A DNA stretch of 64,000 nucleotides, from assembly GCA_977017645.1 (NCBI GenBank), contig OZ360253.1:29698001-29762000 (forward strand), given 5' to 3'. Below the pieces are notes generated by a model that was not told where the DNA came from, did not search any database, and was given only the letters and a program-made list of their open reading frames with translations. The DNA is from Torpedo marmorata (lineage: Eukaryota). Made by a program: the position numbers and the translations under genes. Below, piece by piece: positions 1 through 10,100 of the stretch. Every line of letters starts with the position of its first letter. The stretch's first letter is position 1.

Positions 1-1706
1 TATGAAAATAAAAAAAGATTTAGAACTTTGGAAAGACCTACCTATAACTTTGATGGGAAGAGTAAATTGTATTAAAATGAATGTTTTTCCAAGAATTCAA
101 TATCTTTTTCAATCGATTCCTTATGGTATTCCAAATAAATTTTTTAAAGATTTAAAATTTGTTATTAGGAAATTTTTATGGAAAGGAAAGTTGGCAAGAG
201 TAAGTATAGATAAATTAACATGGAATTATGAGATGGGAGGATTACAACTTCCCAATTTTCAGTATTATTATAAAGTAGCTCAATTAAAGTTTATCAATGA
301 ATTTTTTGATTCAACTAAATCTTCTGCTTGGATTAATATAGAATTGAATAATATAGGAGAAATACATAAAGAAGAGATTATTTATAAGTGGAATTCTAAA
401 TTGTTATTAGTTAAAAAGAAAAATTAACCAATTATTAAACATTTGTTGGAAATTTGGTCACAGGTAGACAAAGAGATAGGTCGAAAAGGATTAATTTCTT
501 TAAATACACCAATATACCAGAATCCGCTCATACCATTTTCTATTGACAATCAATTACTTAAAATATGGTTTCAAAAGGGAATTAAGACCTTAAAGGATTG
601 TTTTGAAGTTGGTAGATTTATTACTTTTCAAAGGTTAAAAGAAAAATTTAATATATTAGATAATACAATGTTAGTTTATTTTCAAGTTAAAGCCTTTTTG
701 ATTGAGAGATTAGGGAATGAATTAATAGAACCAAGACAAAATGAATTGGAATTGTTAATTACTAAAGCTAATATTAATAAGTTTATATCACAAATGTATA
801 AATTATTTCAGAGAAAGATGTCTAAAGTAGGGTTACATAAATCTAGATTAAAATGGGAATTAGACTTAAATGTTAATATAGATGAAAATCATTGGAAAGA
901 GTTATGTAAATTAAGTATGACTAAAGTTATTAATGTTAGATATAGATTAGTACAATATAACTTTTTTCATCAATTATATTTAACACCTAAAAAATTGAAG
1001 AAATTTAATCCAGCGTTATCAGATATGTGTTTTAGATGTAAAAGTGAAATAGGTTCTTTTGTACATTGTACATGGTTATGTTCAAAAATTCAAGATTTTT
1101 GGTTGAAAGTTAAGAATTTTTTAGAGAGAATTTTTAATGTTGGATTTATAATGGATCCTATGTTATTTTTATTTGGAGATATTAAAAAATTTAGTATTAG
1201 AAATAGATTAAATATGTATCAAGTAGAATTTTTACGTATAGTATTAGCAGTTTCGAAAAAGTGTATAGCTATTACTTGGAAGTCAGATGTGGATTTAAGT
1301 TTAGAACGATGGCATGCAGAGTTACGTTCATGTATACCATTAGAAAAAATTACTTATAATTTGCGAAATAAATATCATTCTTTCTTGAAAATTTGGGGCC
1401 CATATATGAGGATTATGGGTTTAACAATTTAAATTCTCTAGATATCGGATCCACTGGCGAAAATAACCTCTAAGGTAAATTAGTTTGAAGTTTGTTGTCT
1501 CCTCATCCTATTTTTCTATCTTTCCTTTTTCTTTCTCTCTTTTACTATATTTTATTTTATTTTTAGAGTAGTGGGGATATAGGGGTTAGGGAGGGGAGGG
1601 TGGGAAGGGGGGGAGAAAATGTATATCACATGTATTTTTGAAAGATATGCAAAATTATTTTATGTATTTTGTGATTTAAAAATTTAAATAAAATATTAAA
1701 AAAAAA
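1..1706 (+). mobile_element. L1-clade LINE, 3' part of ORF2 plus 3' UTR and A-tail (family A)
   Basis: ORFs 2-427 and 443-1432 carry LPITLMGRVNCIKMN, GGLQLPNF and the CFRC..H..W.C zinc motif. Followed by a G-rich 3' UTR, AATAAA and a poly(A) tail. Confidence 0.92.
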
Positions 1707-1710
1707 GAAA

Positions 1711-4700
1711 ACTTTCTTACCTTAATGAATCATGTCAAGAAGTCTTCTTTCGATGACATTAATTGGACGCGTCAATATTATCAGGATGAATATCCTACCT
1801 AAATTTTTATATATTTTTCAAGCTGTATCGGTTTTTGTTCCCAAATCCTTTTTTTGATTCACTGGACTCTCTCATCTCTTCTTTTATATGGAAAAATAAG
1901 TGCCCCTGTCTTAAAAAAGTTTTCCTTCAAAATATTACTGGGCAGCCAATATTAGATATGTTATTTTTTGGATTCATCATAAGGAACATCTACGTGCTTT
2001 AAGATGGGTTAATTTAGAAATTAAATCTACTAAAAAGTATTCTCTTCTTTCGATACTTGGCGCACCTTTACCTTTTTCGGCTTCCAAATTAACTGATAAT
2101 TTTGTTGTCAGACATACATTGAGAATTTGTTTTCAATTTAGGAAACACTTTGGGTAACATAGATTCTTATTAATTAGTCCTATTTTAGGTAATTCCTTCT
2201 TTTTACCTTCAGTTCAAGATATCGGTTACCATCGACGGTCAAATTTAGGTATCCAATCCTTTTTAGATTTTTTTATTGACCAAAATCTTGCTTCTTTTGA
2301 ACAATTATCCACCAAATTTATAATACCTAAACATCACTTTTTTTGTTATTTACAGGTTAGGAGATTCTTTAATTTTGAGGCTCCCTCAAGACCTAGAACC
2401 TAATATGATAGAGAAGATTTATAATTTCAAACCTGATCATAAACGGATGTTATCAGTCCTTTATGAACTACTTTTAAGATCTAGGGATAATTCCCTGGAC
2501 AGAATTTAAAAACTATGGGAACAAGATTTTCAACGGTTAATTTCTGAAACTACATGGGACTCTACTTTGAAGCGAGTGTATTCATCCTCTCTTTGTGCTC
2601 GACATTCATTGTTACAATTTAAGGTAGTACACAGGGCTCACTATTCCAAAATCCAATTGGCTAAATTCTATTCTGATCTTTCTTCTAAATGTGACAAATG
2701 TATAGCTGAAGAAGGTACACTGTATCATATGTTCTGGTTATGTCCTTCTCTTTCCAATTTTTGGGAAAGTGTATTTCGTACCTTGTCTTTAGTTCTTAAC
2801 ATTAATTTGACTCCAAATCCTTTTCTTGCTCTTTTTGGAATAAGTGGGCCAACAGGTTTGATATTGACTGCTTCACAATCCATGTAGTCGCCCTCGCCTC
2901 CCTTATCGCAAGAAGGGCCATATTAATGAGATGGAAAGATGCTGTCCCTCCCACTCAACTCAATGGTTGTCCGATATGATGGCATGTTTGACTTTGGAAA
3001 AAAATTAGATGCTCCACGTATATTATGTAGGACTAGATGTTAATATCCCTTATTGCACTCCTGAGACTTGCCGCCTGGACCCTGCGGGGTAGCCAAGTGA
3101 GTGGTGGCATCTTCTGGGTTATCAAGTGGGCGCCCTCCTTCCTCAGTGTTTCGCTGATAGACCCACGACACCTCCGGAGGGTTCAGCAGTGAATCCCGGC
3201 GTCACGGGCTCACCCCCTAGATGCCATTCACTCACTTGGGTGCCCAGTTGGAATCCTTTCTCCTCATCCAGAGCCACTGACTACCCATTTCAGCAGCTCT
3301 GGAGATATCTTTAACTGCTTGTCGGTGTATCTTTCCTCGCACTCCCAACTCCCAGAGTAGCCTTGATGTTGATGTGGCTACAAATCCTCTGCAGCCAACT
3401 TCAACCGGTCGGACCCTTGCCTTCCAGCCACGTTGCTGCACATCAGCTGCAAACTCAGCGTACCTCAGTTGCTTACACTCATCGGCCTCCTCCACTGCAT
3501 CCTCCCAGGGCACTTGTAAGCTCGATGATATAAATGAGATGGAGTGAGGACGACCACAGCACAAGGTCTGGTCTGAGGTTGGTTTCCGCGATTTCATTTG
3601 GGAAGCAGAGCCTCTGGCCTAAGTCTGCCGCCATCTTCCAATCACGTGCCCCGCCTCGCCGCCTGGAGTCTGACCTTGATGTGGCGATTCCGGCTTGACC
3701 CTCACCTTCCCAGACAAATGCTGTTAACGGCCAGCGGGATGAAGGGGGAGGTAGAGCGTTAAAACCCGTCCGCCGATTTTCCCGCACTGCTGCAAGACAC
3801 TGTAGCACCTGGTTGTGACTCCAGGTGTATCGGCCTTGAATGAGGCTGGTCTTGCAGCCCACCAAAATGTGTTTTAGTGTTGCTGAAGTCGGGCAGAGGG
3901 AGCATGTGGGGTCCTCTCCATACCACTGGCTGAGATTCATGGCAGACGGCAAGACATCGTATGCAGCCCTGATGGTGAAGCTCGCTTTGAATGTCTCCAT
4001 CTCCCACAGCTCTTTCCAGGAGATCTTCCTTTTCTCTACTCCCTCCCATCTCGTCCATTGTCCTTGCTTTGTCTGAGCGACGGCCTTTGTGTAGCTTGCC
4101 GCCTCCTCCTGCCGATGTATTTCCTGTGTAACCAGCCTGAGTCTCTGAGACGGAGCAGCCTTGTTACAGGCTGGTGTACTGGCCCCAAGACCAAGACCAT
4201 TCCTCCCTTGCTGAACTTGGCCCACGATGTCCCTATGCTTGAGTGCCGCCTTTGCTTGCTTAGTTGCTTTTGATGGAATCCATTTCCTCCCAGTATCCAG
4301 GATGACGGCAGCTTAAGCTACAAATGGATCACTCGCTTCTGATCAGTCTTACTTTGGAGCACTTAAACTCCTCTGAAAGACTGGAAATGGGTAGCTCCAG
4401 GACTCCTTTGCCATAGAGCCCTATGCTGCTGAGGCATCTGGGAAGACCAAGCCACTTCCTTACGTACGAGTTGATCAGTCTCTCCAGCTTTTACACGCTC
4501 GAGATTGGAACTTCACACAGGGTTAGTGGCCACATGAGGCGTGGAAAGAGCCCAAACTGAAATGAATCTTAACTTTGTTTCTTTATGGCGTTCTTTTCTT
4601 AATTATTTTCAAAATTTGTAAGATTACCGTAGTTAACTTTTGGTTTTTGACCCCATTGATTACCTTCCTTTTTATCATCAGGTAGTGGACTGCTTACGTT

Positions 4701-4900
4701 TTGCCAGTAGCCTCTGAAGGAAGGGGGTTGATAATTAGTATAGTGTTTTTTTTAAAAGTTTTTTTTCTCTTTATTTCTTTTCAATGTAACGTAGGTCTTA
4801 ACAACATTTTTATTATTATATGTGATTTGTTAATACTTTATTTTATTATTATGTACCTACGCAGCATTTACTTGATGAAACCAATAAAAATTTTGAAAAA
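1711..4900 (+). mobile_element. Decayed L1-clade LINE 3' part (family B), interrupted by a HERO-like element
   Basis: LIGRVNIIRMNILPKFLYIFQ and SSSLCARHSLLQFKVVHR...CDKC...HMFWLC, with many stops and frameshifts. Resumes at about 4563 and ends in AATAAA plus an A-rich tail. Confidence 0.85.
3019..4562 (-). mobile_element. HERO-like (R2-group, restriction-like endonuclease) non-LTR retrotransposon, 3' fragment
   Basis: Overlapping frameshifted ORFs 3479-4225 and 3232-3597 contain the CCHC motif CSLC..LKHILVGC, YTWxHNQVL, RPDLVLWS, ELTVPWE and VEVGCRGF. Confidence 0.85.
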
Positions 4901-4964
4901 GAATTATTGAAATGGAAAGGCTATTGATAATTTGGTTAGACGATCAAAATCAGCATAATATGCT

Positions 4965-5632
4965 TGTCACATGTAGATAGGGTGGTGAAGAAGGCATTTG
5001 GTATGTTGGCCTTCATAAATCAGAGTATTGAATATAGGAGTTGGGATGTCATGTTGAAGTTGTATAAGGCATTGGTGAGGCCAAATTTGGAATATTGTGC
5101 GCAGTTTTGGTCGCCGAATTACAGGAAGGATATAAACAGAATAGAGAGAGTGCAGAGGAGATTTACAAGAATGTTGCCGGGGTTTTTGGGTTTGAGTTAT
5201 AGGGAAAGGTTGAACAGGCTGGGACTTTATTCCCTGGAGCGTAGAAGGTTGAGGGGTGATTTGATAGAGGTATTTAAAATTATGAAGGGGACAGATAGAG
5301 TCAATGTGGACAGGCTTTTTCCATTGAGAGAGGGGAAGATTCAAATAAGAGGGCATGGATTAAGATTGAAGGGGGAAAAGTTTAGAGGAAACATGAGGGG
5401 GAATTTCTTCACTCAGAGGGTGGTAGGAGGGTGGAACGAGCTTCCGGCCGAAGTGGTAGATGCAGGTTCAATTTTAATGTTTAAGGAAAAGTTGGATAGG
5501 TATATGGACGAGAGAGGTGTGGAGGGTTATGGGCCGGGTGCGGGTCAGTGGGACTAGGTGGGAGAATGTGTTTGGCATGGACTCGAAGGGCCGAACTGGC
5601 CTGTTTCTGTGCTGTAAATGTTATATGGTTAT
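4965..5632 (+). mobile_element. CR1/HER1-like LINE 3' fragment
   Basis: [19 protein letters not shown]...LERRRLRGDLIEVFKIM...FFTQRVV..WN followed by the CR1 3' tail GGGCCGAA..GGCCTG. Confidence 0.92.
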
Positions 5633-6069
5633 AAAAGGCTCAAAGTCTTTTCAATGATTTAAAAGCTGCACATGCAGCAAGTGAAGGTGATTGTGATGAA
5701 GAATTTGTTGTGATGAGGGGTTGGTTCAATCGTTTCAAAGTGAGGGCAAATCTACATAATATTAAAGTGCAAGGTGAAGCAGCGAGTACCGATGTAAGTG
5801 CTGCGGGTGATTTTCCTGAAATGTTGAAAAAAATTATTGAGGAGGAAGGTTATTTGCCAGACCAAATATTTAATGTTGACGAGACTGTCTTATTTGGGAA
5901 AAAAGTGCCTGAAAGGACCTACATTTCGAAATGAAAAAAGTGCACCAGGGCATAAGGCATCGAAGGATAGGCTAACGTTATTGCTTGGGGGTAACGCATC
6001 CGGGGATTTCAAGCTCAAGCCTTTGCTTGTGTAGTGCTCTCTAAATCCGAGGGCACCTCGCCGTATCAT

Positions 6070-6719
6070 TGTAAAAGCCGTAGGCTCGTTAACTTACCGT
6101 TGTTGCGGCGCTCCGATGTCTCGTCGGGCCTTGGAGCGCTCGCGTTGTTCTGTAGGCCGTCCTCGGAGTGCTCCGAGGCCACGTCGGGCCATGGAGCGCT
6201 CGCGTTGTTCTGTAGGCCGTCGTCGGCCCGTTCTTTGCTCTGCGCATGCGCAGGATTGCCGACGGGCGCATGCGCAGTGTGGAGTGACGTCATTGTGCGC
6301 GTTGCAGTCTGGGAAATGTAGTATGCGCGGGGTAGGATGCGCAGTGGTTTAGGAGCTAATGGGCATGCGCAAATCAAGAATAGAGGGAGAGAAAAAGGAA
6401 AGGAATAAGATGATTGGAGGGTGAGTGAGGTCTCCACATCTTTATTGACCGTTTTATAGCGTTTTTATATCGTTTAACGTCATTTTACAGTGTTTCATAT
6501 TGTTTTGGAATTGTTTAAAGAATAATTTAAAGGAACACTTCATACATCATTTCAAGAACTGTTTATATTAAAGTCATTGAAGATTACTGCAAGTCATGTG
6601 TGAAAATAAAGGTTTTGAACATATTGGACTTTGTTAGTAAATTAATTAAAACGCGTCAAAGACAAGTATCTCACTTAGCCTCCAGGTGACTATTGGAAGA
6701 TCGAAGTCACCGTAATATA
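6070..6719 (+). repeat. 5' LTR of the BEL/Pao element
   Basis: TGTAAAAGCC...CGTAATATA. About 12 substitutions against the 3' LTR by hand count. AATAAA near 6605. Confidence 0.93.
6241..6292. promoter_or_regulatory. NRF1-like palindromes and a full CRE in the CpG-rich LTR U3 (repeated in the 3' LTR at about 11628-11679)
   Basis: TGCGCATGCGCA at 6241-6252, GCGCATGCGCA at 6266-6276 and TGACGTCA at 6285-6292. Confidence 0.55.
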
Positions 6720-7163
6720 GTCAATAAAGAGCTGGCTGTTTGGAACAGAAGTTTGAAAGAAAGAAGATAGAAAAAACTCTCTGTGCTTTGGACTGATATA
6801 AAATGGTGGCCATCTTGGAGATGCCTCGAGTTGGGGGCAGTTTATAATCCACTTCCATCTGCCATGAATAACAGCCAGAGAGGGATTTAAAGCTTCAAAT
6901 CTTATAGTAAAGTGTCCTATAAATACGTTGGAGAAACCATTTTTGGAAAATCAGTGATATTAGTGACGGATGTTGTGGTTGAAACTCGTTTGTGGATTGC
7001 AGCACATTACAGTCATTTGAAGTGGTAGGCATAAGTCTGTGGACTCCTTCTGTGTATCTTTAGCAAGTAAGAACACAGATTGGAATTGCTGCCGCTGGTC
7101 CATTGGGGACTGTTGTTTGGCTAGTGTTGTGTATGCTTGAAGGAGAGGAACAAGACGAGTAAA

Positions 7164-10100
7164 ATGGCCGCAGCAGCCACTGATACAGCAGCTACTGATA
7201 TATCAGCAGCTGACGCAGCAACCGCTGATGTTGCTGTTGAGGACCAACGTATTGAAGACATGAAGGTTTCGGATATTAAAGAAGAATTGAAGCGACTGAA
7301 AAAGGACATAAGTGGAAATAAAAAGGTTCTTATCGAAAGATTGAAGCTGGCAAAGGATGAAGAGGCAGCTTCATTAGTTGAACAAGAAGATAACTTGGAA
7401 ATGGCTGAAATTGTGTCAACAAATGATGAAGAAATTAAAGTGGTTGAAGATGCAAAGGATATACAATTTGAATTGGATAAAGAGGTAAGTATGAAGACAG
7501 CATATGAACTGCAGGACGACATACAAGCAAGTGACAGTGTCTCAAATGCTGTAAGCAGGAGAAGCAAAAGAAGTTCTGGTTCAAGCTCCAGAGTTTCTCG
7601 TACTTCAAGTTCTGCATCGTCACGTACAAAGGTTGATGTTAAATTGGCCGCTCTTCTTGCACAACAAAAAACGCTTAAGGATAAGTATATTTTGGAAGAA
7701 GAGGAGGAGCAGCTAAGACAAAAGGAGGAGCAGCTAAAGGAGCAGCTAAGACAAAAGGGGGAGCAGGTAAAGGAGCAGCTAAGACAAAAGGAGGAGCAGC
7801 TAAAGGAGCAGCTAAGACAAAAGGAGGAGCAGCTAAAGGAGCAGCTAAGACAAGAGGAGGAGCAGCTAAGACAAAATGAGAAGCAGCTAATGAAGCAGCT
7901 AAGACAAGAGAAGGAGCAGCTAAGGAAGAGAAAAGAACAGCAGGAGCTGGAAGCAAACACTGCTATTGCCAAGGCAGAAAAGAAAGCAATAGAAGGCTCA
8001 ATGGTATCTGGTGCTAGCAGTAAATTATCTAAATTGTCTGATAATAAAAGGTCATATTTTAAAAAGGAGTCACAGGAAAAGAAACCAACCAAAAGGATAG
8101 ATATTTTAGAACCAAGGATACAAAACTTACATATACAAGGACAAACCTTTCAAGAGCATATTGGTATCGAGTCACATGTACCAATAATAACATCTGAAAG
8201 CAAAGCTGCGGCTTGGGTTCGGTCAAACGAAGCAACTTCTTTGTTATATGAGTCAAGCATCAGAAATATGGAAGAAACTACACCAGTGAGGTTTCCAGAT
8301 ACATTGCATGCAACAAGAGACGGTGAACAGAGCAATGTATTGTCGTCCAAGGAAAGACAAAATGAAATTGCTGCATCATTGTTTCAATTACAGTCTCTCT
8401 CTTCTTTACCCAAGAAAGAGATACAAACTTTTGATGGTGATCCACTTCAATATCAATCATTTATGAGATCTTTCAAACGCAATATTGAAGATAAATGCCA
8501 AGATCGTGATGAATGTCTTTATTATTTGGAAATGTTCACAAAGGGACATCCAAAAGAACTGGTAAAAAGTTGTAAACAAATGTCTTCAGGAAGAGGATTA
8601 GACAAAGCTAAGGATTTATTGGAACAATATTTTGGCAACAAGCATCGAATTGCTTTAGCTTATATGGATAAAGCTCTTAAATGGACATCAATAAAACAAA
8701 ATGATGTAAAGGCTCTGCAAGAGTTTACTCTGTTTTTAAGAGGATGTTGTAATGCTATGGAAGAAATCAATAGTATTCGTGAGCATGATGTGCATAGTAA
8801 TATGCGAATCATTTTAGAAAAATTACCTTACAAGGTATGGGATAGATGGAGAAATTTGGCTTGTGATTTACAAGTAAATTACGGTCGAAAAATTACCTTA
8901 AAGGATTTGGTAAATTTTCTTGAACGACAGGTGTACGTTGAAACAGATCCACTATATGGAAATACCAGAGATAATTCAATGGGCAAAGATGTAAAGAAGT
9001 CTAACACACAGTCTAGTCCGAAATTGAAAAGGAGTACTTTTGCTACTAATGTGCAAGTTATAAGTAAAGAAAATGACAAAGTAAATAAGGAAAAGGAAAG
9101 TTTGCCTAATGAAAAGAGTTGTTTGTTCTGTAAAGGTGGACATGCTTTGGAAATGTGTTTACAATTGGAAAAGAAGGAACATAAGGAAAAGATCGCTTTC
9201 TTAAAGGAAAATGGAATATGTTTTAGCTGTCTGTGTAAAGGGCACATCAGTAAAAACTGCGAGAAGCGAATTAATTGTAACATATGCAATTTGAAACATC
9301 CTAGAAATTTGCATATCCATAACAGAAACAAGGAATTGGAAAAGGAGCAAACAGAAACAAAGGAAACAACAGAAAATAATGTTATAACCTCGGTTCAGAC
9401 AAGTGGTCTTACTGGGGCCGGGGTGAATAACTGCAAACTTTCAATAGTGCCTGTACAAGTCAAGGCCAAGAAAGGGGATGTAATAGTAAAAACATATGCA
9501 TTTTTAGACCCAGGCAGCACTGCATCTTTTTGCACGGAAGGACTAATGAATAAACTTAATATTCAAGGAAGAAGATCTAGAATTATGTTAAAAACCATGG
9601 GACAAGAAAAGGTTGTTGAAACTAACATTGTTTCAGGCTTAGAGGTTGCTGGATTAGATGACAAAAAATTTTGTGATCTTCCAAGTGTATATACTCAGAA
9701 GACTATGCCTGTGAATGAAGGAAATATTCCTCATCAAAGGGATATCCATCATTTAGCTTATCTGTGGAAGGTTTATTTACCTGAAATTAATTCTGAGATA
9801 GAAATGCTGATTGGTTCAGATGTGCCAAAGGTTTTGGTACCAAAAGAAGTAATAGAGAGTAAAAGGAATGGACCTTACGCTATTAGAACCATGCTTGGTT
9901 GGGCAATCAATGGACCAATGGAAAGAAATAATGATATTGCTCAGGAACAGGTAGCGATAAATATTAATAAAATTTCAGTTGAGAAAGTTGAAGAGTTAAG
10001 CGAAGAGCAAAAAACCGTGAATAAGAAAATCACTTATGAAGAAAAGAAAACAGATCAATGTGAAAATAAATCAATGGTATTTAAAACAACTTTGAAGGAA

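Noticed and set aside
6034-6437. Several overlapping 60-140 aa ORFs (repeated at 11390-11824)
   Set aside because: Products of the GC-rich LTR sequence, duplicated because the LTR is duplicated.
7700-7935. Regular ~33-bp periodicity resembling a CRISPR array
   Set aside because: Head-to-tail coding repeat without unique spacers, in eukaryotic DNA with no cas genes.
7121-8092. 323-aa Cys/Ser-rich minus-strand ORF
   Set aside because: Antisense shadow of the repetitive coiled-coil region of the BEL gag, with no independent features.
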